The position numbers and the translations under genes are program-made. Source: Phyllobates terribilis (lineage: Eukaryota). Taken from it: a DNA stretch of 64,000 bases. This document shows, piece by piece, positions 24,620-37,826 of the stretch. The stretch covers positions 865,024,001 through 865,088,000 of the forward strand of contig NW_027362762.1 in the NCBI RefSeq assembly GCF_046119375.1, given 5' to 3'. The stretch's first letter is position 1. The number at the start of each line of letters is the position of its first letter. Below the pieces are notes generated by a model. That model did no database searches, was not told where the DNA came from, and saw only the letters and a list, made by a program, of their open reading frames with translations.

Positions 24620-27066
24620 ATCCTCTGTAAACTTACACAGCAGATGGGGAAGCACAGGTAAATTCCTCTTCAGGGATCGGTTTAACAAATCAAGCTCCGA
24701 AAGGTATCCCCCCCCCCCACCCCACGTATCAGAAAATTTCTGCAGCACATCTGAGCAAGTATATCTTCACACAGTGCTTTTTTTTTTTTTTTTATTTGCA
24801 GGAAAAATCGCTGCAAACAGTGTTGCCAGAAAAACTCAGCATATATTACATGTTGGTTGGTGCAGGTTTTTTTTATGCATTCATTTGAATGGGTAAAAAA
24901 AAAACCCTGAAGAATTGACAGTGCGGTTTAATGTACACCAGTTCCATACGCAAGCCTTGTCCAGAAATTGACATACCGCTGACTTTAATCTGCAGCTCAA
25001 GGCCGTATCAGCTGCGGATTTTACATGCACAAATGCATATGAAAAAGCTGCAGCATTCCTGTCCTTTGGGATCACACACTTAGGGCTAATGTATACACCA
25101 TCATCCTCAATCTGAAATGCAGCATCCATAGGGATCTACTGTATTTCCAATTTATTTCCCCACAGGGACTCTGTATATAGCCACATTAACTCCACGTATA
25201 TGGCCGGTTTATGACGTAAAGGTTGCACTCACACTAATGTAACCTTACACTCCACTGTATGGCAACTGTACATAATGTGCCAAAAGCAGAAAAACACAGG
25301 AAAAAGTTTTGTTTTTTACTTTTTATGGCAGGAAATATTCCGTATTCAACCCACAATGTTGATAAGAAAGTATGAGTGCTAGCATGCATTCAGATGGTCA
25401 CATTATGGCTCCATACAGAAGCGGTAAACTTTCCTAAATGGGTTTTCAATGCGTTCTTGAAATGCCATGATGAGATCTGCTCACATACTTGCCTGACACA
25501 AATCATACCTGGGATACATGGAGTTTTTTTTTATTTTAAATATTGACAGCTGCAGTTTGATATTGAATAAAACTGGGGGTTTTGACTGTAACAATGGTGC
25601 TCCAAAGTCTGTGTGTAGCCCAGGACTAAGCCCTCACTATAAGAAACTTCTAATACAAGAAGTGGGTGCTCTAATGGCCCTTAGCTGTTCAAGAGGACAT
25701 GAGCTTTCATCTCTGGCAGTCTCATTACAAACAATTCTAGTAGCTCGCCTCTCACAGTGCCAATCATAAGAGACATCCACGTACAAGGGGAAAAGAACAC
25801 CCCTCCCCACCATAGCTTAGGACAGGCTACTCCTCTGTGAGACATAACCAGTCTGCTCTCCTCACTGTAGAGTGATGACCTGTGCTGGAGCACAGCAGAC
25901 GTGAGTGTGATTAACGTAACAGCTTTTTTTTTCCTCCAGCAGTCAGTGTGGGGTAGGAGCAATATAGCAGATTTGGCAGCATTACACTTGCTTTGATAAT
26001 GCTAATGTGTATTTGGCTTTGCCAGTAAAGCTCATTTGAATTTGTAGGAAAGAGCTGCTTGACCTGTCTATAATGAGAATCCACTTCTGCAGTATTGAAA
26101 AGCTGTCAGTTAATCACACTCAGGTCTGCTATGCTCCAGCACAAGTCCTCACTGCAGTGAGAAGAACAGACTGTCAGTGCTAATGTGGGGGGGGGCATGT
26201 TCTTCTTTCCCCAGTGGGTTGTTGCCTGCTTATGATTGGTCAGTCAGAAATATGCAGTACACTCCCCTAGTGAAATCTCTCTGGTAATGTCCACTTGGAT
26301 GTGGAAAAAAATAACTCTTTAGGTGCCAAATACACTAGTATCTCCACAACAGAGGCAAACTAAAAACAAAATTATTGTGCTCCTTAGTGCCTATTACATC
26401 ATCTGTCTTGTTCACCATGAAAAGGTCTCTAAATGAATTTTTGCTTTTACATTCCAAGACCCTTTAATAGTCACTGCTTTGAGGAGCAGTTTCCTTCGCA
26501 ATTTGCCTAATTTCATGCAATGTGAAATTATTTTTGTATGTTTGCATATATCTTTGTGACTATCTCAAAGTGCCTTCAAGTCTTGCTTAAAGGACCTTAT
26601 CCACAAAATACCTAATGAATGAAAACTTTCTCAGACCAAAAAATAGCCACGTTAGCCTTAGCACTTATTACTGGTTCATAGACTATGAACTCCAAAGGAG
26701 AGAGCAGATCAAAGGGAACTTCCAGTGACGTCCATGTCTCAAGACTAAAGTTTAACGCTTGGTTTCCGGTTCTGTGGTTTTATGTGCATAAAGTGTAGTG
26801 GAAAGCACATTTTGAAAATCAAGTGTTTCTTACCTCAAATCAGCGCCACTTTCCAAATTTTGTTAAGTAAAGATAGATCCACCGTGTGCTTTTTGTGCAG
26901 ATATGGTTGCAGACTTTAAAATTCTGCGGATTTGCTGCAGCTTTTATTACTTGCATTGCATATTCTGCAGCAGAGAATTCCCTGCATTCGTTCGGTGAGA
27001 ACATACCCCAATGGGTTGGTTCATATTGGGTTTTTAAATGCGGGCCCTGCAGCAGATTTTGCTTAA

Positions 27067-27466
27067 AGGGAATGTCAGCAGGTTTTTGCTATGAAATCTG
27101 AAGACAGCAGGAGATGGATGCTAAAACATAGAATTCAGGGATGTGTCACTTGTGAAAGTGCATACTGTTGTTTATTTACTGTGAAGGATTTATTGCTAAG
27201 AAATTAACATTGCCGGACTAGTCTGACAACTAAGCACCTCACTGTCTATGGACTTTGTACATGGAGAGGCTGGTGTGGGTTGGGATAGCTGTGGTGTGGG
27301 CAGGGTTAGCTTTCTCAGCTCTGCTCTATTCTAAATGTAAAAGCTCTGATTGTGTGAGAACGGCAGCACCCAGTAAACTAAGTGATACATCGTTGGATTC
27401 AGCTTCTCTTTGCCTACATCAGGCAGCTCTCAGATGAAGTAACAAACACCTGCTGACAGATTCCCT
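27067..27466. mobile_element. T2/Kolobok-type MITE
   Basis: TTAA|AGGGAATGTCAGCAGG ... CCTGCTGACAGATTCCCT|TTAA; related copy at 59450-59869. Confidence 0.75.
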
Positions 27467-30400
27467 TTAAAGACAACCTGTAATCTTGTAAAAGTTTGCC
27501 AGCTTTTAAGCTTATTGTATTCCTGCTGCACCCTGAGTGTTTATAATATGCACATAATTTATTACATATATGGGCCTTTTTTGTGCTAATTGTTATGGTC
27601 TTTACCAAGGGTGTGATGCACATAAGGCAATAATATAATACACCCTCTTGTAAAGAATTAACCCTCAATAAAATTCTCAATATATCTGGAACCGCATGGC
27701 AGGTTTATTGAACAGGGAGGGGGAGAGAGGGAATACTCTGGCAAGCAGCGGGAATAAAACTTAGTGCAAAAACTGGCCACATTAATATACTCTTGACTTC
27801 TTTTTATTGATTATTTTTTATGGGGAAAATTCTGCTATTGATCAGTGTTTTTATTTTACTTTTTTCCCTTCAGCATGTTAATTTTTGAAGTCTTTCTGCC
27901 TCAAATTTGGCCACTAAATCAATCGGAGGAGAAAAAGATGACCCTTACCCGCCCAAAAATTTCAGGTTTCAGCTGCATTTTTTTTTTTTTTTTCTGCCAG
28001 AAAAATCCTTGTGAAAAAAACTGTGGATCTACTATAGAGGTGACCACAAGAGAGATAATTTGATTGGCTAAGCCAGGGCTTCTCAAACCTTTTCTACTGG
28101 GGACTTCCCAGACTGTCCAATTACATGACTGGTTCTATCCATAGGGCAGATCATTAATATGAGATTGGTGGTCTGGCACCCCCACTAATATCTGCTTCCG
28201 CAGCGGTAGAACACAGCAGGCCCCCAATCATTCTCCACTGTCGAAGCAGATAACAGCTGATCGGTGGGATGCTGGGTGTCAGGTCAATATGAGGTCGCTA
28301 TGGGCCAATCAGTCTTGGACCACCTGTTTAAACTAGAGACCACTTCCGCTGCCTCGGCTCAACCACTAGGGGGCACCTCACAGTCTGAGAAGCGCTGATG
28401 TATATGACTCCCGACAAGATGCTTCCGGGGGTATATACAGTTGAGTAGCTGAATAGCTTATCCTCTCCTGCTTTCATCTTTGGCAGGATTGTCACTGAAT
28501 TATGGAAGCCTAGCTTATGTATTGCCTTTTGATCTCCTTTTAGATGTTGGTGTACAACGTGGGTATACTTATTTCCTAATACCGTTCATTTAGGATTCTG
28601 GTATATGCATACAGCCAGGAATATGCTGCATGCTTCTATTGTACATTTGTGGCCTTAGATACTGTGCTGATATGTATGCCATGATATATACAGTATAGTG
28701 ATCAGGTTATGGGGGTAATAAAGCTATAATGTGTAATTCCCAGCCCCGCACTGTGTGACTGCACAATGGCTCCTTCCTACAATAAGTCCGGTTTCGTTCA
28801 GCTGATACAGTGACTTTTTCGCTTGTTGATGGGTTCTCCGTGTTGTGTTATATTTGTATAGTGTACAGATGAAACCACTTGTTCGTGAAGGGACACTGTA
28901 AATGATGAAACTTTTGAAATGCACTAATTTTGCACTCCTCATGGCTGACCAAACATGTGCCGGGCTCACAATGTCTTAGGCATAAATTAGTAGCTTTTAT
29001 ACTGTTTGTACACAATCGTCAAATAAAATAAAAACTGGATTTGATGTGTATTTGTTCTTTTTTCTAATGTTGGATTTTCTTTAAAACTAGCCTATGTGCA
29101 AAAAAAACTATAAAAAGCATAGTCTTATCACCCTCATAAATCAGTTTTTATTGTACGTACCAGCCTAATATATCCATGAATTGTCCTGATTATCATTTTC
29201 TGTAACTTAACATCCACTCTTTTTGATTGTTTCTAATTATCAGCAGTCTGCCAGCACTGTACGTGCTGGAACTTTCCTTCCCACCATGCATTGATTTGGC
29301 TATTGTCCAGTTCCTTGCTTAATCCGAACTTAAATGGGCTGATTCATAAAAGCTTTTGAGCCAGAAAACTGAATTAAAAACATTGAAAACATGCAACATT
29401 TTTGTTCAAGTAGGAGTTGTGCAAAAATTTAGCGATTTTAGCCAATTTTTTGCCAGTTGGGGGTGCAGTCACACCTGCCTGTCAAATTCATCCCTGACTA
29501 GAATAGCATTTCTGGCACAGCGCATGAAGGCGCACACCAGTTAATGAATTTGGTGCCATTTTAGCAATACTGGCGTAGCGTGATTGTGCACACCAGTCGT
29601 GATGAGGCTGGCACCATAGTGTTATTCAACGCAAGTGACTTTTTAGCTTTCACTGGTAGGTTACCAGCCACCTCTGCAGTCTGTCAGCAATGGCTGGCTC
29701 CTAAGGAGGTTCGTACTGGCACCGACTTCTTGTGTAAGTCCATTTTATGATAGAGATTGATTCCAGCTACAAAGTTCAGGTCCTGATTGATTTCTATGGG
29801 ATTCTGGTACCCCAACTAAAGTTTGAGGTTCGTACTGGGTCTTCCACGGGTCCTCTCATCCCTACTTACAGGCTTTTTACTACAAAGCTAGCTGCATAGC
29901 GAGCTCCTATGCAAAACGTCCTCTGCTTGCAATTTGAGAGAAGGGCACAGTTCAGATTCGTGCTGGAAACCTGAAACTGGTCTGAACTGAATCATCAGGA
30001 GCACAATGCTCCCCCAGCACGCAGGAAGTTGGGAGTCAGGGGAACAGTGCGCTCCTGAAGATATATGTTGAAAACAACCCTTTTTTAAGTCTGATTTTTT
30101 GCTAGGCAGTTTCACAGACTAGAGAGGAGGCTTCATATGGCGTGACACCGATTAAGAACTTCTACTTAGTATAGAACTGCTTGTAGACGTCTCGGTCCTC
30201 TGCAACAATTTGCAGTTCTAAAGAAGAATTGGAGGCAGAGCTCAACGGCTGCATGTAAGGCTAAAATCCCTCCTGACTTCACTCTAGGGCATGTAAAATA
30301 AAAATGCAGAATAGTCCAGCTTTAATGCGCCAAAACAGAGAAATACGATTTATATAACCAAATAAAGTTGACCACCAGGCACATATATGAATGTTAGAAT

Positions 30401-31874
30401 TTAAGAAATAGAACAGTAAACAGTTTTCAATGGTTTGGAAAGCAAAACTTTGGTTGTATCAGGTCTACAAAGAGATTTGGCAAAATTCATTTGCAATCTG
30501 GAACTGGAGGTATTTGATTTTACAAAAGCATTCTTGTAGTAAAATAGCATTCCCCCCTTCTGAAAAGTGCAGGTTTCCATTCTAGTAACAGTCATCTACT
30601 CCAGCAAGGTTAAAAAAATTATATAACCTATAAAATTGCATTGTCCAGGTATCTTAACCCCTATATAATGTGATATAATACAAGTTATACTGAAACTTTT
30701 ATTTTTTTTTTTATTTATTTCTCCACTCCTTCTATGTTTTGGACTCCAGGAGGATGGTCTTAATTATTGATTGGCAGTTTTCTAGCTGCAGTTATACAGA
30801 CTGTCAATCACTAGTAGGACCGCTCACTGGACTCCACCAAATATATTGATCTGCTCAGCTTCTCCTGCTCTATACACATGCTGCCTGCAGATAAGACACC
30901 TTCTTCAATGTGACAGATTGAATTTTAAGGATTTTTTGAGGGGAGGAAAAGTAGCTGATTTTGAATGCCTCAAAAAAAATTCCAGCGGCATAGCATTAGG
31001 CTGCATTTACACTGGCAGATTAGCAGGCAGGATGGTTCCTCGTTCCTGAGAAGGGACGGGCCCAAGGCAGCGTTCACACACCAGTCATGCAGCAGCTCTG
31101 TGCCTTTGTGGATTTTTTTTTTTATGGTTTCCTTGCACAGTTATGGAAACAGCTGCAGGATTAAGTGATTGTGCAGGAAAACCATATAAAGACCTCAGCG
31201 GCACAGGGTTGCTGCGTATATAAAAAAAAAAACACAACTTGTGTGTAAGTGTAGCCCAACAAGCTAGGAAAATGCTCATTTGTAGCGTGAAATGATTTTT
31301 AAGCTTGCTTAATAATAATAATCACTCTCGACAGCACTTCAGCCTGTGCACACAGAACATGTGCTACCGAGAGCAATAACAGTCTAGATAGGCAGACCTT
31401 GTCTATGCGCATCAACAGGCTCGGAAATGACTGCTGAGCGGATCCGATGTAGCCGATCAGTGGCTAGTATGAATCCATGGGCTGGGTACGCACTTTTTGC
31501 GTTGCAAGCAATGTGATGGTAAGTGTCACACCAAACAAAGCTGAGATCGAAGTATCTAAAAGGTTCAAGTCCAAGTTTGGCTAAGTAGAATCATTCCATC
31601 TTGGGGAAGGTCCACACGCCCGGATTGTCTCACCCATATTATGGCAAGAATTCGCGTCTTGTTACCTGAACAGCGGCATATCTTCCCTGGTGGACTAGTG
31701 AACCTGCCCTTATTCTTCAATCACTTAAGATTTGTTATACAAGTTACTGGATATAGAGGCTGGTGTGGAATTCAAGTTTCTTCCAAGTCTTCTATAAGTT
31801 AAGGCACAACAGGCAAGAATCAAAAAAAAAAAATAAATCCCTTATAGGAATGGAAAGAGCGACTTCTCCTCTCT

Positions 31875-32008
31875 TCATTGAAGATTTTGATATCCGTGCG
31901 GTTTTCTATACAAGCAGTAGTGCTGAGTTATAAATACAATGTCAAAAATAATAGAGAACAGGCCCAAACCAAACTTTGTGGGGTCACCAAATATTAATTT
32001 CCATTCAT
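31875..32008 (-). CDS. CTNS: CTNS last coding exon: (D)[43 protein letters not shown]
   Basis: Matches cystinosin TM7 and C-terminal GYxxL motif; acceptor CAG; 134 nt. Confidence 0.97.
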
Positions 32009-32513
32009 CTGTTGAAAGAAAAGAGGAAAGAATTTTATTGTGATGCCATAGTGTGCTCATATATAAAGCGCTGTTCACATCCACGTCACAGGCTCCATCA
32101 CGTGACAGATATTGCAGAGCGTCGTACATTCGTGTATAAAGAGAAGTCACATTGGGGGTTAAATGGAGCCTATGCAACCATGCGCAGAGAGAGAAGAGAC
32201 AAATCCTTATATTATGTCGCATTGGTCAGCGGTAATGTGGGCTCTGTATTATTGCAGCTGTAATCAGAATGGAGCAAACGTTAGGGCCCCATACACATTA
32301 GAGAATATGCCGATAGTCTAATGTGTAGGGGAGGCCTCCAGACAACTGATTTAGAAGAGATACGGATCTGGCGTGTCCAATTTCGGACTGTCTCCTTTTG
32401 TTATCAGTAAGATAAGCCGCTAGGAGAATAGTTTGGCAAAAAGCACGAACGGTTCTGTATATGGGGGACTGAGGAGAACCATTGTTTGGCCGTCCGCTAT
32501 CTATTGTGTATGG

Positions 32514-32699
32514 CAGGGTTCCCCAACTCCAGTCCTCAAGGCCCACCAACAGGTCATGTTTTCAGGATTTCCTTAGTATTACACAGGTGATAATTGCATC
32601 ACCTGCACAGGCAATAATTCCATCACCTGTGCAATACTAAGGAAATCCTGAAAACATGACCTGTTGGTGGGCCTTGAGGACTGGAGTTGGGGAACCCTG
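32514..32699. mobile_element. Young, near-perfect palindromic hAT MITE nested in the right TIR of a Harbinger-like MITE (~32283-32715)
   Basis: CAGGGTTCCCCAAC / GTTGGGGAACCCTG; 8-bp TSD GTGTATGG (32506-32513, 32700-32707). Confidence 0.92.
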
Positions 32700-33404
32700 G
32701 TGTATGGGGTCCCTTAGATCATAATGTTATAAGGTGATCTCAATGCAATTCTGTAGGACTGCGACAGGTACAGGTAACGCAGGAGGAACACAAAGTATCT
32801 TGCAGGCACCATGTCTGGATCCTGGCACTTAATATTGATCATCTGATTGCACAATAAACTTCAGGTGATGGCTGAAGCTCTGACCTAATGCCCAAGTACG
32901 TAACTGATAATGGGGGCAAAAAAAATCTACTGCATATAGTTTCACTGGAATGTAAGATGGCCGTAGTATCAGCAGACCGTCACAGATAACCCTGTCCTTT
33001 GAAGGGCACCGCTCCCTACACCTCTTATCTGAGGCAGTACTGTACACCTCTCACTACATTTTTGAGGATCTGAAGCTGTCAAAACTCCTGCCCCCACCGC
33101 TGTTAGGGCTCGTTCACATGACTATACATTGGATGAGTGCAACCCAATAAAAAAAAGGGATCGTGCTCAGACCAATGTTATTCAATGAAGCAGTGTAGAT
33201 TTGCATGTTTTTTTCGGAGTCATTTTCGGCGTTAGTAAAAAAAATTACAGCACGCCACGATTTTACCCCGAAATCGGATGGATTCTAGAAAAAAAAAAAT
33301 GGAAGCCATACAGACCATCAGTATGGCGTGTGATTTTTACATATATATTGCAGCTCTGTAAGATGGGAAACTAAATGGTCCTGTAAGATTAATAGCTGCT
33401 GAGT

Positions 33405-33643
33405 AAAAAATAAATGTTTTTATTTATATAGCGCCAACATATTCTGCAGCGCTTTACAATTCAGACAATATCATCACTGTCCCATTGGGGCTCAGAATCT
33501 ACATTCCCAATCATTATGTCTTTGGAGTATGAGCGGAACCTGGAGAAAACCCACACGCACACGGGGAGAACATACAAACTCCTTGCAGATGTTGTCCAGG
33601 ACCCCAGCGCTGCCGTGCTAACCACTGAGCCACTGTGCTGCCC
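33405..33643 (-). mobile_element. tRNA-derived SINE with LINE-like tail
   Basis: Minus strand GGGCAGCACAGTGGCTCAGTGGTTAGCAC (A-box TGGCTCAGTGG); 3' tail AAAGCGCTGCAGAATATGTTGGCGCTATATAAATAAA. Confidence 0.75.
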
Positions 33644-33862
33644 GTAAAAAATGGATTGTATACGGATGACCAGTGAGAAAAAAGGTGTCCAGTGCCCCTG
33701 GTTGAGAATGGGACTGATATTTGTATACACTCGTGTGACCCCCGGCCTTAAAGTTGTTTTTCTTTTCAGCATTCTGCAGGTCTGTGTTAGAGACAGCCGG
33801 TATTCACCCTCCCCGTATCCAGTGATACGTTCTGCTGGCTGCAGCAGTGATGTCACGTCTAG

Positions 33863-34135
33863 CTATATACAGCACGAGCCCCCACACAGCCCCCTATATA
33901 CAGCACGAGCCCCCCACCCAGCCTCCTATATACAGCACGAGCCCCCCACCCAGCCTCCTATATACAGCACGAGCCCCCCACCCAGCCTCCTATATACAGC
34001 ACGAGCCCCCCACCCAGCTCCCTCTATACAGCACGAGCCCCCACCCAGCTCCCTCTATACAGCACGAGCCCCCACACATGCCCCTATATACAGCATGAGC
34101 CCCCACACATGCCCCTATATACAGCATGAGCCCAG
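33863..34135 (+). repeat. 31-32 bp minisatellite (about 8 copies) in CTNS last intron
   Basis: CTATATACAGCACGAGCCCCCCACCCAGCCTC. Confidence 0.93.
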
Positions 34136-34370
34136 GCAGTGGAGCATGTGGTTGGAGAGAAAATACGCTATGCATTGTAGAATATGTAGTTCTAGAAAAT
34201 AAGGTGACCGGCAGCGGCGCACATGGTGGTGGTCACCCGAAGAGTGACAAGAATCCGTGAAGCAATGGGGAAAGCTAAAAAAGATACCGATGAGAGCACA
34301 TTGGGGTGCGTTCTGCCTAATGATAGTATGATTTCTGAAAGACGCCATTTGGCATCGGACATCTCCTTAA

Positions 34371-34985
34371 GGCTGTGTGCCCACGATGCGTTTTTTAAGC
34401 GTTTCCGCAGCGGCAATTCCGCTGCAGAAACGCTTAAAAAACGCTTGGTAGAAGGCCTGCCATGTTCCCCAATGATAATCCGCATGTGCTTTGCACATGC
34501 TGCGGAAATTTCCACTGCGGATTATTATTGCAGAAAAATCTGCAGCACTACCAATTATTTTGCGGAAGTGCTGTGTTTTCGCCGCCATTGACTTGCATTG
34601 GAACGCATGGATTACGCATCACTGCATCTGCACATGCGGTTCAATGTGCGGATGGTACCCGGGTTTGGAGAAGAGGAGAATGTCCTCCGGACCCGGGTAC
34701 CATAGTATCTGTAAAAAAAAGAATAAAATAAAAAAATATACATTATACTTACCTTCTGATGGCCCCCGGTGTCCTTATCCAATCCGTCCTGGCTTGCCAG
34801 CAGCTCGCGGTGGACGGACACCGGGGGCCATCAGAAGGTAAGTATAATATTTATTTTTTACCATTCTTTTACGGTCACACTATATAAATCCATGTCGGTT
34901 GCACGGATTTATATAGTGTGACCAAGTTGTCAAGCACTTTCCAAGTGATGCTAAAATCGCTTGGAAAGCGCTTGATAACCCGCAC
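34371..34985. mobile_element. Harbinger-like MITE of the 293-1137 family, right end truncated
   Basis: TAA|GGCTGTGTGCCCACGATG start; colinear with 293-990; ends about 25 nt from a CTNS donor. Confidence 0.75.
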
Positions 34986-35010
34986 GCACAATGATATTCT
35001 TCGTATTTAC

Positions 35011-35128
35011 CGTTATTATAGGATTGTAGAAACATCTGGATGATACTGAAGCTGCCGCCTGTAAAATCCAGCAGCACGTTTCCAATGCTCCATCCCTCTG
35101 TGCTTTTCCGGCGGAAATTCATGTAAGC
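35011..35128 (-). CDS. CTNS: CTNS coding exon 9 of 10: [39 protein letters not shown]
   Basis: CAG|GCT ... G|GTAAAT; 118 nt; second PQ-loop region. Confidence 0.97.
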
Positions 35129-35626
35129 CTGAGGAATAAAACATAAGGATTGGGTACTTAAATCAACATGCCCGATCCTTCTCTCCCGACAAGATCTGCC
35201 AGAGTCAGCTTCTCTAGGAGACCCATGACCATTAGATGATCAACCGGCTCCACCAAAATCAATGGGTTTAATCAACTTTAACCCAATGTTTTATGGTGGC
35301 CTTTTGACTGCTACTATCTCCAGAGATCCCTGGATTTCTGAATGTAAAATTTGCATTATAGTTCTTACAAAAAGATGGATGTAATTTTGAAATCACATCT
35401 TACCACTGATATATTTCCATAGTACATACTCAAATAAAAGTTTTAAGAACTTGACATTGTGGACAACGCCCGGCTATTTTGTGTTACTTGACATGAAATT
35501 CCCATCCCTTTGGGTAACCTCTCTCTATCTCTCCATATACCTTATTACTGGACTAGACCATTTGATCGGTAGTGAAGAAAGGAGGATATAATACGGTACA
35601 ACCATCCAGGTTGATCAGTAGGTTAC

Positions 35627-35797
35627 CTGTGGAAAGTATTTAATCAGTGTAATCGCCAGCTTTATATAGGAGAAGCAGAATAAGAACTGGAGCCAGCTCA
35701 CTTTTCCAGCCACGGCCACAAACAGCATGGAAAAGGCAAACAGCCAGGCAACGATCAAGAAGACAACCGCCACTTTAGAGACCTTCTGGGCGCCTCG
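35627..35797 (-). CDS. CTNS: CTNS coding exon 8 of 10: [57 protein letters not shown]
   Basis: 171 nt; YFPQ motif; AG/GT boundaries. Confidence 0.97.
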
Positions 35798-37485
35798 CTG
35801 CAAAGATCACAGAAGGCTGGAATAAGGACAACAGTTGTGCAGTACAATTTATTACATACGGGAAGGAGGATTATGCTTAGGAGCCATGGTTTAGTAGATA
35901 GAGCCTTCCTATACACTTGGGTGGTGTCTTGTACAGACCTTCTACAATGTAAGTCTATGGAGCATCAGAAGTAAGCTCCATAGACGCACATTGCAAAAGC
36001 GACCTCCGGTCCAGACAAAAACCCCTGTGTGATCTGACAAGTCCGAATTGCAGTCACACGAGTGGGAAGAGGATTGACGCATCGCTTGAAACCAGGGAAC
36101 ATGGCAATCGGTAAGTATTTAATTGCATTTACATTACATTGCATATACATTAAGACAAGTTTAGAGAAGATTATATTTCTTGTGAGTGCTTCTTTAATAA
36201 AAAAAATGAATGTATAAAAAAATAATTTCAGTCAACTACATTGCACCAAGCCGGATCTCCAGTTATTGTGGTGGTCTCACTGGGTCTTCTCCTATACAGC
36301 ACGGCTGATGGGATGCACTAAGTTGCCCACTAGCAATTCTTCCCCCACAATCCTTAGAAATTTATTTCATAGGAAATTAGAGTTGCATTTTGATAGAGGC
36401 ATAGACTAGAAGCTTACAAGTATTACAACCTGACATGGGCATTTATCAGGCAAATGTATGGACACTATAGGTGACGCAAGTATTTTTAGATTTATGGTAG
36501 AAATCTGGGAAAAAACACTTAAGGGGATTTTCTCTTTCAACAAACTGGACCCCAAATCCTTGCAGACATGTAAAATAGCAAAGCCAGATCGTACGTACCC
36601 TCCCCCGGTCCAGTCCTGCCACTGCTCCAGTCTCAGTGTTTTGGCAGCAACTAAGATATCACGTCAACACTGCAGCCAATCACTGAACTCAGCGGCTCTG
36701 CCAATGTAGATGGCACAGGCCGCTGAGCTCAGTGATTAGTTGCAGTAGTCACGGACAGCAGTCCTAATGGCACTGCTGCACCAATGTGAACAAAATCGCT
36801 GGTGGAGAGGCAATACCGGACTGGCAGGGAGGGAGTAATGCTGATTTTCTTTTTTTTTTTTTTTTTTACACACAGGATGCCTATACCATAAAAATGTAAA
36901 CCTGGACAACTCCTTTAAAAAGGAGCGTCACCTCTCCTGGCTGGTCTATCTGGAAAATACTTGCATTCGCCATGGAATAACAATTCTGGAGTATCGGTTC
37001 TTAGACTCCGCATTGTGCCATACCGCCTGCAAATGTATGAATAAATTAATGACAGGTACCAACCTCCCTGTCAATAGAGCATGTCTGCCAATGTCAGCGC
37101 TGACTCGGGGTGTAGGGACATGCTATCCTGGTGAACTGTATATTCGTTACACTTTTAGCTTGGCTGACGACTCTCCCCACCTGCTTTCCCTTGACTGGTG
37201 GTCTGAACATTGGAGCTGGAGCACGTTCTATTCCCATATAGTCATGCATGAAACATTTTTTTTCCTAATCCCAGTTACTCTCTAATCCCTTCGTTTGGTT
37301 ATATACTGTCATAATTAACCCATGTTAACTTATTTGCTTTTAGATAGAGTTAGGCTTTATATAAACACATATTTACGATGGTCAAGTGTCTCAGTAACAT
37401 TTACCTGGACACCTGAAGATCGGTAATAACCAGCTGACAAAGGAATTTCAAGGACGTCAGCTAAAAATAATCTCCTCCTACTTAC

Positions 37486-37605
37486 GTCATAAATACAGCA
37501 CTGAATGATTGTAACCAGTGTTAGGAGCACGGCGTGCAAGCTAAAAAATACGTCATTGGCATCCACCGGAATGACACCGTTGGGGTAGATCTGAAGAAAC
37601 TGCTC
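37486..37605 (-). CDS. CTNS: CTNS coding exon 7 of 10: [40 protein letters not shown]
   Basis: 120 nt; CAG|GAG ... GAC|GTAAGT. Confidence 0.97.
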
Positions 37606-37677
37606 CTGTAACAAATAATTGCACATCTAGTATTGTGGATGTACAGAAGCAATGAATGAACAGCACAGAACACGTAC

Positions 37678-37777
37678 CCTGACAAACGGGATCCAGAAGA
37701 GGCCGACGTTGAAGACACTATATGCAATAAAGCCGGTCAGATTTAACACCAAGAAGTCAAAGCTCAGGCCCACGACA
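37678..37777 (-). CDS. CTNS: CTNS coding exon 6 of 10: (S)[33 protein letters not shown]
   Basis: 100 nt; followed by a 72-nt intron. Confidence 0.96.
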
Positions 37778-37826
37778 CTGAAATAAGCAGAAAGACACAA
37801 AAAAGTATATTATACATACATACACA

